Source of the DNA: a virus
Lineage: Duplodnaviria > Caudoviricetes
Strand: one strand, 5' to 3'
DNA: 64,000 nt
IMG/VR virus record: IMGVR_UViG_3300002895_000002
Coordinates: 1-64,000 of that record
The position numbers and the translations under genes were made by a program. The notes under the pieces were generated by a model. The model ran no database searches. It had not been told where the DNA came from and worked only from the letters and a program-made list of their open reading frames with translations. This document shows, in pieces, positions 18,286-27,885 of the stretch; position 1 is the stretch's first letter; each line of letters opens with the position of its first letter.

Positions 18286-18519
18286 ATGAAGAAAAATCAA
18301 GATCACATCAATTCAGTTATTCGTTACTTCAACGAAGAATTTCCAATGCTGGAACGAGCAATGGATTTCATAAATGAAGTACATGATCTCCACGACATAG
18401 ATATAAAAACAATCAAGAAAGTTGCGAAGGATCATGAAGTTGATTATAGAGATATAATAATGATGATCAGACTATTGGAGCATGAGTGTGTTTTGTGGGA
18501 GAAATCCAACCAAATATAA
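18286..18519 (+). CDS. Hypothetical protein
   Basis: Promoter plus GGAGG RBS. Confidence 0.55.
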   Translation: MKKNQDHINSVIRYFNEEFPMLERAMDFINEVHDLHDIDIKTIKKVAKDHEVDYRDIIMMIRLLEHECVLWEKSNQI

Positions 18520-18531
18520 ACGGAGGTCACC

Positions 18532-18927
18532 ATGAGATACCAAGAGCTTTACGAACAGATCGCCCCGGGCCATTTCCGCCCGACCGTTCCTTTCTTCGAC
18601 GGCATCCCATGCGACTTCATGGTGGACCGCCACATTGTCTCGGATGAGAAGGGAGAGTGGCACTGGGTTGAGCTCGGCCGCCCGGTGTTCGTCATCAACA
18701 TCTGCCGGATGCTTGAGCACATCGATCCGGAATACTTCGAGTATGACGGCGATTATGATGGGCACATGGCCAATACCGAGTTGGCTGAGCAGAAGATGCG
18801 GGAGTGGGCCAAGCGGAACAACTTCTGCTTCTATGCCGCTCCTCGTGAAGACTTCTCTACCACAGCGGCATGCCGGGAAGCCTATGCTGGCGGTTTCAAC
18901 GGTGTCATCATGGAAGACCTTTCATAA
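18532..18927 (+). CDS. Hypothetical protein
   Basis: GGAGG RBS; GC3-rich codons. Confidence 0.6.
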   Translation: MRYQELYEQIAPGHFRPTVPFFDGIPCDFMVDRHIVSDEKGEWHWVELGRPVFVINICRMLEHIDPEYFEYDGDYDGHMANTELAEQKMREWAKRNNFCFYAAPREDFSTTAACREAYAGGFNGVIMEDLS

Positions 18928-19401
18928 CACATGCCCCATCCGGCGGATCCGGACTTGAGTCTTCTAAACTCGAAGGGAAGTTTCAACTACTTCATGGGGT
19001 GCCAAGGAGAACACATGAAACAAACATTGAAAGATCCAAATCCAACAGAACGAGTATGCTATCACGATTGGAAATTCACAGGCCGTGACAGGAACGGTAA
19101 TGCCACCTACACATGCAGCCGCTGTGGAGAATCATATTGACTGTCGATGATCTGCTGAAAGCCATTGAGAACACCACACCTGAGGAATGGCAAAGACTCA
19201 GAGAGCAACTCCGCTTACAGGAGAAAAAACTCAATGACCTTTGTGCAGCGGGTAAACATCAAGACATCTCATCAATCCTACCTTCTCTGGAAGTGATGCC
19301 TAGTGGAGATGTTCAAGATGTGGCCGAAGTGTTTATGAAAAGGTGGAAACACTATGTTCACCATCTGATAAATAACAATTTCCAAGAAAAGGAGATTCAT
19401 C

Positions 19402-19782
19402 ATGGCAAAGCCCAAAGGTTTCAAGAAATATGTCACTGAAGAGAAGGAAGGCCGGAATGTTTATGCTTATGTTGTTCACCAGGACACAAAAGGTGATCGT
19501 TATGTTCTGAACAAGGACAAGAGCGCATTTATTCCAGCTGAAGTTCGCAACGAAAAAGGTGAAATGGTAAGTAACCTTCATAACGCTCATTCCGTTCATG
19601 TCGGCCATTCAACCAGTTATAAAGGGCTCACGCCGGCACACCGCAATCAGATCTTCTCGTCGGTTCCTGCTCAGGTTGGACACATCGACAAATATGAACA
19701 CGATGTTGACGTGATGGATGAGTTTCAACTCGGCGCCGGCTCTGCGGTACACCACACCCAAAATTTGGATGTCGAAGACTAA
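19402..19782 (+). CDS. Putative internal head protein
   Basis: MAKPKGFKKYVTE start; ATAAATA at about 19368. Confidence 0.5.
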   Translation: MAKPKGFKKYVTEEKEGRNVYAYVVHQDTKGDRYVLNKDKSAFIPAEVRNEKGEMVSNLHNAHSVHVGHSTSYKGLTPAHRNQIFSSVPAQVGHIDKYEHDVDVMDEFQLGAGSAVHHTQNLDVED

Positions 19783-19803
19783 CATCCAAAAGGAAAATAA
19801 CGA

Positions 19804-20136
19804 ATGTTCGGGAACATCTATCAGCACTTCAAAGGGAACATCTACGTCGAATTGACTCGGGCAGTGGATTCAGAGACACAGGAAGAGGTCGTGGTGTACT
19901 ACCAACTCTCCGAACCCGACAAGATATGGACACGACCTGCCAAGATGTTCGATGAAGAAGTAGAGAAGAATGGAGTGATGGTACCGCGATTCAGAAAAAC
20001 CGGTGGGATCATCACGCTGCCTGCGCAGTATTACCAAAACGATTCTTCACCATGTGATGCATGCGGATGCAACCCAAAAAACGGCGGTAGTGGAATATGC
20101 AACTGCACACTGGGCGGACCAACGATTACGTGTTGA
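19804..20136 (+). CDS. DUF1653-domain protein with Cys-rich tail
   Basis: YQHFKGNIY...HSE-like DSETQEEVVVYY...WTRPAKMFDE. Confidence 0.75.
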   Translation: MFGNIYQHFKGNIYVELTRAVDSETQEEVVVYYQLSEPDKIWTRPAKMFDEEVEKNGVMVPRFRKTGGIITLPAQYYQNDSSPCDACGCNPKNGGSGICNCTLGGPTITC

Positions 20137-20230
20137 TAAAATGTCCTGGATGCGGCAAGGATGCCAAGAATTATCCAGGACATACACGTGATCTTGAATG
20201 TAGCCACTGTAATCTCAGGTCATTCATAAG

Positions 20231-20485
20231 ATGAAACTGAAACCCTTTGAGCGGTTGTACACCATAGATGCGCCTCACTTCAACGCTGGTTGCATTGCAC
20301 CGATGGGTCAGAAAGTAACAGCAGCTGCCCCGATCATTCACTACATGGTCGGGTGGGACTACAACAAGATCGCCACGTACACGACGAAGAAGGGATGGAA
20401 GATGTCATTCCAAGATATCGACGTGTCGGAGGTAACGAATGAGAAGAAGCAGAAACCTCGTTCTCTTGTAGATTTTTTCGATTAG
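20231..20485 (+). CDS. Hypothetical protein
   Basis: ORF; 3' end converges on the HEG. Confidence 0.55.
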   Translation: MKLKPFERLYTIDAPHFNAGCIAPMGQKVTAAAPIIHYMVGWDYNKIATYTTKKGWKMSFQDIDVSEVTNEKKQKPRSLVDFFD

Positions 20486-21269
20486 GACTATTCTTGCAGT
20501 TATCGAAATGATAACGTTTCAGTCCATTAGTTCCGCCTTCTTTATTACAATAGGGGCACACACTTTTCGATTTAGGTTTTCTGAATTTTTCTTTTGCTTC
20601 TTCGGATAATGTTTTTCCTTTTAGGCTTGAACCTTTGCCGCGTCTTGCATTACCGATGTTTATTTTTGCACTATCCGATTTTGGTTTTCTGAGTTTTTGT
20701 TTTTGTTCTTCGGTCATCGGTCTAGACATTTTAAGTTTTGTTTCCTGGGTATGTGTTTTTCCTAACATTCCCATCGATGGTTTATTGATATTCCAATTTC
20801 TGATTTTTTCAATAGATTCGGGTTTATGTTTTCTACCTTTCCAAACAACATTACCAGTCGCAGCAACACTTAGTTTTTGTCGTGTTTCATCTGTAATGAC
20901 TTGTGTTTTCCTTGCATTTCTTATTTTTTCTTTTGTTTCATTTGAATGTGGACCGTGAGAATAATTCAATTTGAGCCAGGTATAATCTTTTGATGTATAC
21001 GTTCCGCATTCAGTCATTCGATTGAGCGCTGTTGCCATCTTCGGACCCTTGATCTTATGACCTCTCCATATACGAGCAAGAAGCAGATGAGCAATGAAAT
21101 GAGCTTTATGGGGTAGATGCACTCTGTTCCAACGACCATCAATGTCTTCAATGTTATCGACTTCAGCGAATGATTTTGGAATAATGTGATGGTTGTTGGT
21201 TTGAAATTTGACTTTTGGATGATTGATGTACTTGGTAATAAGCTGATCGTAAATGGACTGGTAATTCAT
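20334..21269 (-). CDS. HNH homing endonuclease, family copy 2 (NUMOD3 repeats plus C-terminal Zn ribbon)
   Basis: MNYQSIYDQLI...HHIIPK...WNRVHLP..HFIAHLLL; CPYC...HFDNC. Confidence 0.85.
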   Translation of the reverse strand: MNYQSIYDQLITKYINHPKVKFQTNNHHIIPKSFAEVDNIEDIDGRWNRVHLPHKAHFIAHLLLARIWRGHKIKGPKMATALNRMTECGTYTSKDYTWLKLNYSHGPHSNETKEKIRNARKTQVITDETRQKLSVAATGNVVWKGRKHKPESIEKIRNWNINKPSMGMLGKTHTQETKLKMSRPMTEEQKQKLRKPKSDSAKINIGNARRGKGSSLKGKTLSEEAKEKFRKPKSKSVCPYCNKEGGTNGLKRYHFDNCKNSPNRKNLQENEVSASSHSLPPTRRYLGMTSSIPSSSCTWRSCCSPTRPCSE

Positions 21270-21284
21270 GATTCACCTCAGAAA

Positions 21285-21366
21285 GGAGTGTGATGGGACA
21301 GCGGAGTTCACCTCCTCCGTTGGTTGAAGTCCCGCAACCTCAACCTAACCATCATATCTATTTATA
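21285..21366 (+). ncRNA. HEG-associated three-way-junction element, copy E3
   Basis: P1 UGAUGG/CCAUCA, GA, P2 CAGCGGAG/CUCCGUUG with loop UUCACCUC, P3 GUUGA/UCAAC, CUAA. The + strand late promoter is degenerate in this copy. Confidence 0.8.
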
Positions 21367-21875
21367 TGAGACGATCAAGAAATCTTGCTAAACGAATGAA
21401 GCGCTTTAGAAGTAGACTAGTAGGAGGTGGAGTTCATAGGGACGTCGGAGCTATCTATCAGTACTTCCGACGATATCTATATGAGCATCAGCTCGACCCG
21501 TTGGTGATGGCTCATGTCCAGTTCTTGACCGACGGAAACATCTCACCACTGAACAGAGCATGTGAGGAGCTGTTGAAGAACGTGTTCACCTGTAAGATAT
21601 GCGACCGGGAGATGATCCACCACATCGAGGAGCATCATCTGGTGCCACGGTGCTTCAAGGGGAAGCAGACCATCGACATCCACCGGATCTGTCACCGGAA
21701 GATCCACTCGGTCCTGACGGAGAAGGAACTGGAAACCACTTACAACACCGTCGAGGCTCTGCGGGAACACCCGGAGATTGCCAAGTTCAGAGAGTGGGTC
21801 GCAGGGAAGCACCCGGACTTCGTGGTGGACTTCAAGATGTCCGCGAATATGAAGTCAAAAAAGAGAAGAAAATAG
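21366..21875 (+). CDS. Small HNH-type Zn-binding protein
   Basis: CKICDR...EEHHLVPR...HRICHRKIH motif. Confidence 0.7.
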   Translation: MRRSRNLAKRMKRFRSRLVGGGVHRDVGAIYQYFRRYLYEHQLDPLVMAHVQFLTDGNISPLNRACEELLKNVFTCKICDREMIHHIEEHHLVPRCFKGKQTIDIHRICHRKIHSVLTEKELETTYNTVEALREHPEIAKFREWVAGKHPDFVVDFKMSANMKSKKRRK

Positions 21876-21957
21876 AACCCCACGAACCCGGGCAATGACC
21901 TACGACCATAATGGCGGAGAAAGTCCTCTACCGGATCGCACCCCGGGGTTCCCGGAT

Positions 21958-21993
21958 AGGGGTCAGGAATCATTTCCTGACCCCATTCTTTTT
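21958..21993 (+). terminator. Rho-independent terminator
   Basis: GGGGTCAGGAA-TCAT-TTCCTGACCCC followed by a T-rich tail. Confidence 0.75.
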
Positions 21994-22043
21994 GAATGGA
22001 TAAATAAAGGAAACGGAATTTCCACTCCAAAGGGAGACAGATA

Positions 22044-23279
22044 ATGACAAAAAAAGAATACCTTCAGAAAATGGTCGTGGAGCGGGTCCAACAAAACCTG
22101 CTCCGCGAATCAAACACCTCGGCTGATGCGGCTACGTTTGCAAAACTGAACCTGCCGCTCGTCAAGAAGATCTATCCGGACATGTTGGCGTCTCAGATCT
22201 GTGACGTCCAACCGTTGCATGGTCCGCGTGGCATCATCTCGGCTCTGTTCAGTTACTATAAACCAACCGAAGATGTCAATCTCGAGAACGCTCGGATCTT
22301 TGAGGTAGACACCACCGCAGGGTTAGTGACTGGACAGATTCAGGTTATTGGTGCAACGACCTGGCAGATCGAGTACATTGATGGCAGCGGAAAGGCGTTC
22401 CTTGCTATCGCTACTGTCGGCCCAAATGCTCCAGTTGCTCCTGGTACTGCGTTCGGTGCGGCGACGGTAATAATTACCACAATCAACCGGGCGTCTGTGA
22501 AGAAGATCTTCCGTCAGTATTCCGGACCGTACACCAACGACATCGTTGTTCCTCGTCAGATTGGACACGAGATCAGAACGATGACCGTTGAAGCTAAGTC
22601 CAGAAAGCTCAAGTCGGTTATCTCCAAAGAGAAAGTCCAAGACTGGGAGAGGATCTATGGTGAGAAGGCATACGACCTGATCGCTGAGAACCTGGGAAAT
22701 GAGATCATCCAGGAACTGGACATGGAGCTCATCGATTACATCAGGTCCATCGCTACTCCGATGCCGGACGTTGTTCTTTCCAACTCCTACGGTACCCAGG
22801 GCGATATGATGGCTGTTGGAAACGATCTGTATGTCAACATATTCTTCGCTGCGGAACAAATTGTAAAGGCAACCAAACGGAACAGGACGATCTTCATTCT
22901 CGCTGATGCAACAACGATCGGGTTGCTCCTGACCAACCCGCTCCATACGACAGTGAGTGACGACGAAGACAATCCGTTCTACGTCGGTAAACTGGGAACC
23001 TACAAGCTCTACGCAGATATCTACAGTGAAGACCATTATGTTGCTGTAGGTTATCGTGGTGAGAACCATGGGGATGGTGACACTGGTATCATCTACACCC
23101 CATACATGGACTACTTCCATCAGAGCACTGATCCCGAGACGTTTGCAGAGAAATTCCTCAGCATGTCCAGGTATACGTTCACCCGCCACCCGCAAGATCA
23201 AGGAACTGGCCTCGGTGATAGTGACTTCTTCAGATCTTTTGCTGTTGACCTTTCTGGTCTGAATAACTACACTCCCTGA
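22044..23279 (+). CDS. gp23/gp24-family capsid protein, probably head vertex protein (gp24-like)
   Basis: LPLVKKIYPDMLASQICDVQPLHGPRG, VEAKSRKLK and EIIQELDMELID motifs; stand-alone gene after a late promoter. Confidence 0.8.
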   Translation: MTKKEYLQKMVVERVQQNLLRESNTSADAATFAKLNLPLVKKIYPDMLASQICDVQPLHGPRGIISALFSYYKPTEDVNLENARIFEVDTTAGLVTGQIQVIGATTWQIEYIDGSGKAFLAIATVGPNAPVAPGTAFGAATVIITTINRASVKKIFRQYSGPYTNDIVVPRQIGHEIRTMTVEAKSRKLKSVISKEKVQDWERIYGEKAYDLIAENLGNEIIQELDMELIDYIRSIATPMPDVVLSNSYGTQGDMMAVGNDLYVNIFFAAEQIVKATKRNRTIFILADATTIGLLLTNPLHTTVSDDEDNPFYVGKLGTYKLYADIYSEDHYVAVGYRGENHGDGDTGIIYTPYMDYFHQSTDPETFAEKFLSMSRYTFTRHPQDQGTGLGDSDFFRSFAVDLSGLNNYTP

Positions 23280-23503
23280 TGAATAATTCACCTATCAAAA
23301 AGCAGACAGCGACTCGCGTGATTGCAGTCGCTGTCTGCCCCACTTGTGATGAAGCGATTGAGATTTATGATCCAGTCGACTTTGTCTATCTAATTGACAA
23401 CGTCAGTCCATCATACACATTTTCCACCATCTGTGGAAAATGCCATACCCGCCTTTCGGTTACTGCAAAAATAACCTGTTCCATCAGTAAAAAAGTAGTT
23501 TAG
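23279..23503 (+). CDS. Zn-ribbon hypothetical protein
   Basis: CPTC...CGKC. Confidence 0.55.
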   Translation: MNNSPIKKQTATRVIAVAVCPTCDEAIEIYDPVDFVYLIDNVSPSYTFSTICGKCHTRLSVTAKITCSISKKVV

Positions 23504-23565
23504 AAATTTGACATCACCTTCCGGTCATGTTATTATGGATACATAATAAAGAACGGGAGGAAACA

Positions 23566-23820
23566 ATGAAAGAAAAATGTTTGAATTTTTGGGCGAAACA
23601 CCCGGTACTGCATTGTGTTGTTACCTATCCCATCCTAATTGTTTTCTTTCTTGTTCTGGGTGTGATTCGGTTGATTGCTGATGCATACCACGAAGCAGTT
23701 GCTTCGGCTAAAGACACGTATGGTGAACTTACCAACGCTCTTAACCAGATCAATCGGCAAAGTGAAAAGAACCGCAAGTCACTGAAAGAGAAACTTCAGT
23801 CTCGAATACAGAAAGCCTAA
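23566..23820 (+). CDS. Membrane hypothetical protein
   Basis: One TM segment; promoter and RBS present. Confidence 0.55.
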   Translation: MKEKCLNFWAKHPVLHCVVTYPILIVFFLVLGVIRLIADAYHEAVASAKDTYGELTNALNQINRQSEKNRKSLKEKLQSRIQKA

Positions 23821-23830
23821 CGGAGGCGTA

Positions 23831-24262
23831 ATGTCTGATAGCTCTGACCCGATCACTATGTTCGACCGCATCAAGGAGATAGCAGCAACTATCTTCATGA
23901 GCCCTGCATGCCTCCTGGGATTCCATGACTACGAGGTAGTCAGTGAGATCTCGGTTGAGAATGCCGAAAACATCATGAAGCAGAAGTTCATCCTCGAGGA
24001 ACAACTTGAGGAAGAGTATGTGATTAGATCGTTTGAGTCTACCCACATTGTCAAGCCGCTTCAGAAGAGGATCGATACACTCCTCCAGATCAAGGTCTGT
24101 ATGTGCTGTGGTAAGGTCCAGGACAACATCTATAAGTACACGGTAAAGCGAGGAACTGCCGCTGGACGAAAGTACAATCGAATGATGGACGCTCGTGAAT
24201 ACTTCCTCATCTATCAGGAAGGTCTCAAGCAGGTGGAAGACGAGAACGAAGACGACGAATAA
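23831..24262 (+). CDS. Hypothetical protein
   Basis: GGAGG RBS. Confidence 0.55.
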   Translation: MSDSSDPITMFDRIKEIAATIFMSPACLLGFHDYEVVSEISVENAENIMKQKFILEEQLEEEYVIRSFESTHIVKPLQKRIDTLLQIKVCMCCGKVQDNIYKYTVKRGTAAGRKYNRMMDAREYFLIYQEGLKQVEDENEDDE

Positions 24263-24315
24263 AAATCGAAGATTTTGAACGAGATTGATAAATAGTTATC
24301 CAGGAGACAAGAACC

Positions 24316-24453
24316 ATGAAAAAGTTGCACATGCTACAATTAGGCTATCATCTTTATCTGCTTATGGAGGTAAGCGGCTGACGTAGCAGTGTGATTGATT
24401 ATACATCAACTACCGTGTTAGGCCGCTACTCCATAAGGATAGCGGCTTTTTTG
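24316..24453 (+). promoter_or_regulatory. 21-aa leader ORF with alternative antiterminator/terminator hairpins
   Basis: MKKLHMLQLGYHLYLLMEVSG*; CTTATGGAG/CTCCATAAG and AGCGGCT/GGCCGCT compete with the terminator GCCGCTA/TAGCGGC-TTTTTT. Confidence 0.5.
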
Positions 24454-24513
24454 TTGATTGAAATTTCACTTTTTTGAACCTACTATTATAAATAAGTATA
24501 GGAGGGTTCAAAA

Positions 24514-25080
24514 ATGATATGTGAAAATTGCGAACAGGAACACAATGGAACATATGGTGCAGGAAGGTTTTGTAATGTGAAATGTGCGAGGGGATTTAGC
24601 ACTAAGAACAAAAGAACAGAAATAAATGAGAAAGTGAGTAAAAAACTCACTAATCGGAAATGCACAAAAGAAACAATAGAAAAAAGAATTATAACTAGAA
24701 GAATGAATGGAAAAAAACACAAATGCTCAGAGGAAACAAAAGAAAAAATAAGCAAATCTCTGAAAAACAAAAAGGTATATCCAAAAAACATAAAAGAAAT
24801 TCCAAACCGAACAGTTGCTAAAATCATAAATCGAATGAACATTGGATGTTCAAGCTGTGGGTGGAATGAAGCAATAGGAGACATACACCACATAATACCA
24901 AGAAGCAAAAATGGTAGTAATAACCACGACAATCTTACGTATCTTTGCCCGAATTGTCATCGTTTGGCACATTCCGGTAAAATAAATTCATTTATAACAT
25001 TACAGGAACACATCGGGGGAAAATGGAAAGAATATTATTTTCCTGAACTTGCAGGATTGGATCTATCGTCTAAAGGCTAA
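24514..25080 (+). CDS. HNH homing endonuclease (Zn finger plus NUMOD3 plus McrA-like HNH)
   Basis: CSSCGWNE...DIHHIIPRSKNGSNNHDNLTYLCPNCH; own TATAAATA promoter; AT-rich. Confidence 0.85.
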   Translation: MICENCEQEHNGTYGAGRFCNVKCARGFSTKNKRTEINEKVSKKLTNRKCTKETIEKRIITRRMNGKKHKCSEETKEKISKSLKNKKVYPKNIKEIPNRTVAKIINRMNIGCSSCGWNEAIGDIHHIIPRSKNGSNNHDNLTYLCPNCHRLAHSGKINSFITLQEHIGGKWKEYYFPELAGLDLSSKG

Positions 25081-25133
25081 GGCCCCGGGCCGTAACCCCG
25101 GCAATCTCTGTTCGAGTCGGAGTAGATCCACCA
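25059..25133 (+). tRNA. tRNA with uncertain identity (loop CCGTAAC; GTA if canonical, C33)
   Basis: GGATCTA/TAGATCC acceptor plus ACCA; CCGGG/CCCGG anticodon stem; short variable arm. Confidence 0.75.
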
Positions 25134-25138
25134 ATCAT

Positions 25139-25222
25139 GCCATGGTAGACCCGTAAGGAGCGGGAGCGGTCTGTAAAACCGTAGGGAAACCCCACCAGGA
25201 TCGTTACCTGGACATGGCACCA
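25139..25222 (+). tRNA. tRNA-Tyr(GTA)
   Basis: GCGGT-CTGTAAA-ACCGT; long variable arm; CCA end. Confidence 0.85.
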
Positions 25223-25230
25223 AAGCACAC

Positions 25231-25307
25231 GGTCGTCTGATGCAATTGGCAGACATTCGGGCCTCAGAAGCTCGATCTTTCCGGTTCGAATCCGGAGGCG
25301 ACTACCA
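25231..25307 (+). tRNA. tRNA-Leu(CAG), short variable arm
   Basis: CGGGC-CTCAGAA-GCTCG; CCA end. Confidence 0.85.
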
Positions 25308-25317
25308 GCAGCATCCC

Positions 25318-25395
25318 GCGTATCTGAAGGGAATTGGTATACCTCCTAGATCGAGAGTCTAGGGCTTCCGGGTTCGACCCCCGGGGTACGCACCA
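25318..25395 (+). tRNA. tRNA-Leu(GAG), short variable arm, C33
   Basis: CTAGA-TCGAGAG-TCTAG; Leu-type D loop; CCA end. Confidence 0.75.
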
Positions 25396-25407
25396 ACATA
25401 ACATCAT

Positions 25408-25483
25408 GCCTGCGTGCGCTAATCGGTAAAGCGGCTGGCCTCAAAAGTCAGTGAATGGCGGTTCGAATCCGTCGGCAGGTACC
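25408..25483 (+). tRNA. tRNA-Leu(CAA), short variable arm
   Basis: CTGGC-CTCAAAA-GTCAG. Confidence 0.85.
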
Positions 25484-25550
25484 CGCGAACCATTTTTGTA
25501 CCCACTTTTATAAATAACAATGGAACGTTATTCTGAAGTGGAGTACATGA

Positions 25551-26227
25551 ATGAGAAAGCAGAAAAAGTTTCATTACATCTATAAAATCACAAGAAACGA
25601 TGGGAAGTATTATATCGGTCTTCATTCAACCGATAACATTGATGATGGGTACTTTGGAAGTGGAAAGAGACTTCGTTACAGCATCAGGAAACATGGCAAG
25701 GAAGCACATACCAAGGAAATTATTGAGTTTCTACCTTCTCGTGAAGAACTGAAAAACGAGAAAGAGAATTGGTAAATGAAGAATGTGTTGCTGATCCGTT
25801 GTGTATGAATCTGAAACTCGGTGGAGAAGGTGGTTGGGACCATGTTAATAATGATATGTCTGAAGAAATACGAGAGAAAAGATTAAAAGGTAATACATTA
25901 GGTGGTAAAAATCGGTGGAATAATGTTTTAAGAAATCCGGAATTATTGGAAAAGCATAAACAAATTATTTTATATGCATTGGAATGTGCCAGAAAATCAC
26001 CTAATTATAAACCATTAAACGGAGATCAAACATATGCGAATTCTCCAGAAGCGAAGAAAAAACGCAAAGAAACAATGGCTAAAAACGGTCATCAACAAGG
26101 TGAGAAGAACAGCCAATTCGGAAAAATGTGGATAACCAATGGAAAAGAGTCAATGAAAATAATGAAAGATGATCTTATTCCTGAAGGTTGGCGAAAAGGA
26201 AGAATATGTGCGAGCATGGTGGAATGA
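25551..26227 (+). pseudogene. GIY-YIG (SegB-like) homing endonuclease, apparent -1 indel in an A run at about 25750-25756
   Basis: HYIYKITRNDGKYYIGLHSTD...YFGSG; adding one A gives REELKKRERELVNEE...MNLKLGGEGG; own TATAAATA promoter. Confidence 0.8.
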
Positions 26228-26292
26228 AGACACATCGGGTTTAAGCCCCGAGGCCGAAAGGCATGAGAGTTCGAGTCTCTCTGCTCGTACCA
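26210..26292 (+). tRNA. tRNA-Leu(TAA)
   Basis: TCGGG-TTTAAGC-CCCGA; long variable arm; CCA end. Confidence 0.9.
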
Positions 26293-26403
26293 TTGTAACA
26301 TCAGTTTTGCAAAGTAACATTCCGGGTGTTATCATGCAGAAAATAGTTGACAAGTTCCTCCAAATGTTGTATTATCAAATCATAATCAACGAGGAGGTAA
26401 GTC

Positions 26404-26628
26404 ATGTTTAGAAAAATGAATCCTAAGTTCCTTGAAAACCTTCACATTCTCAGCATACTGTTTCTGTGTCCGTTTACATGTGCACCGATCATCTCACTGA
26501 TGCTCTTTGGCGATAAGGTAACCGCCATCGGCTTCATTCCTTATGCCATTGTTTGGTTCTGGATGAATGATAACATGATTGAAGCAGGACGCTATCATGA
26601 CTATATGAAAAAGCGGGAGGGGAAGTAA
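26404..26628 (+). CDS. Membrane hypothetical protein
   Basis: Two hydrophobic segments. Confidence 0.55.
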   Translation: MFRKMNPKFLENLHILSILFLCPFTCAPIISLMLFGDKVTAIGFIPYAIVWFWMNDNMIEAGRYHDYMKKREGK

Positions 26629-26813
26629 TGAATCTCGCTGCTCTCGAAAATCGTCGGGATGAACTGATCATGCAGTTCCGTAAGGGCGATCGGACTGATG
26701 CTCTTTACGATGAGTTCAGAGAGATCAACAGAAAAATAGCAGATCTTCGCGGTCCGGAGGTCAAAATCGAAAGGGGCTGGGTAGACGCCCAAAGGGGGAG
26801 AACGAATGAGTGA
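26628..26813 (+). CDS. Hypothetical protein
   Basis: Coupled ORF. Confidence 0.5.
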   Translation: MNLAALENRRDELIMQFRKGDRTDALYDEFREINRKIADLRGPEVKIERGWVDAQRGRTNE

Positions 26814-27096
26814 TCTGAAGCTGCTGAAGTGTGGACCAGAGTTGTATATTGGGAAAGAAGGGCCGAATGGGATGTATGTAGACTGTTTCCTGGTCCGGTA
26901 TCAGATGACTCCGCAAGGTATGCAAGTGGGGATCATGCCGCCGTTCGCACCGTTCTCCGACGAATCCATCAGCCTCTCGAAGGACCAAGTGATCGCCGCC
27001 ATCGACGCTCCAGATGACATGAAGAACGCGTACATCCAGAGCACGACGGGTATCCAGATAGCTCCTGCTAACGTGCCCGGTCTGAAGCTCGTGTAG
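26806..27096 (+). CDS. Hypothetical protein
   Basis: GGGGGAG RBS; GC3-rich codons. Confidence 0.6.
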   Translation: MSDLKLLKCGPELYIGKEGPNGMYVDCFLVRYQMTPQGMQVGIMPPFAPFSDESISLSKDQVIAAIDAPDDMKNAYIQSTTGIQIAPANVPGLKLV

Positions 27097-27172
27097 GACC
27101 AAGGCTCGGGGTCAGGGACCAGGGACGCCTCATAAGCATCCCTAGCGCGGATCGTTACCGCGACGAGCTACC
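27086..27172 (+). tRNA. tRNA-Met/Ile2(CAT) with a 7-nt tandem duplication
   Basis: AGCTCGT/ACGAGCT acceptor; CTCATAA loop; AGGGACC-AGGGACG duplication between the D and anticodon arms. Confidence 0.65.
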
Positions 27173-27250
27173 GGTGACCGTGGTGTAGAGGTTTAGCATC
27201 GTTGACTGTGACTCAACGGGGGAGGGTTCGAACCCCTCCGGTCACACCCA
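27173..27250 (+). tRNA. tRNA-His(GTG)
   Basis: GTTGA-CTGTGAC-TCAAC; encoded G-1. Confidence 0.85.
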
Positions 27251-27618
27251 TCCATAAATAACCACATACCACAACAAAGGAGGTGAACCCGGGTTTCTTC
27301 CATTCCAACTCATTCATAGGAGATCCGTGTGAGCGACAAGAAATTGGTAGGTGGGTACTGTAATTATTCCAAGAATGCAAATCACAGTTGTTTAGCTGCA
27401 GGAAAAGGAGCAATGAGTTGTAGAAGCACCGATTGTCCGGGTCCTGAATCGGAAGTTTTCGAGATTCCTGGATTTTCCAGGGGTGAAGAAAAACCTGCCT
27501 ATAACTACAAGTCAATGTAATCAAAAGGAGGCTTCAGCCTCCTTTTTCTGTTGACATCAGATATGAACTTTGATATTATCTAATCAAGGTTGATGAACAA
27601 CACTGATTGGAGGATATC

Positions 27619-27885
27619 ATGAATACCATTTCTACCAACATGTTCACCGTGAATAAAGAGACCAAGGTGTTTTCCGCTGAAGCCTCTTCCCTTCCCGATG
27701 ATTTCAATCCGATGCGGGTGTTCGCTCTGAAGTCTCATATCACTCTTGCCGAAGCCGTCTTCCAGTACGAGAAGACCGATATTCAGGGCGGTGAGATCCA
27801 GGGTTGGTGGTTCGCAGTTCTGCCTCGGTTCGTTGATAAATATTCACATCTTGCTGGGTGGAAGGTTCTCATCATCAATGACTAG
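27619..27885 (+). CDS. Hypothetical protein
   Basis: Promoter plus GGAGG RBS. Confidence 0.6.
   Translation: MNTISTNMFTVNKETKVFSAEASSLPDDFNPMRVFALKSHITLAEAVFQYEKTDIQGGEIQGWWFAVLPRFVDKYSHLAGWKVLIIND

Noticed and set aside
21876-21957. Possible riboswitch after the small HNH gene
   Set aside because: GC-rich pairing is present but matches no aptamer consensus I know, and it sits before a plain terminator.
22323-23291. 322-aa minus-strand ORF and similar antisense ORFs over gp39, gp52, ligase and the kinases
   Set aside because: Shadow ORFs from GC3-biased sense genes; no RBS or recognisable motifs.
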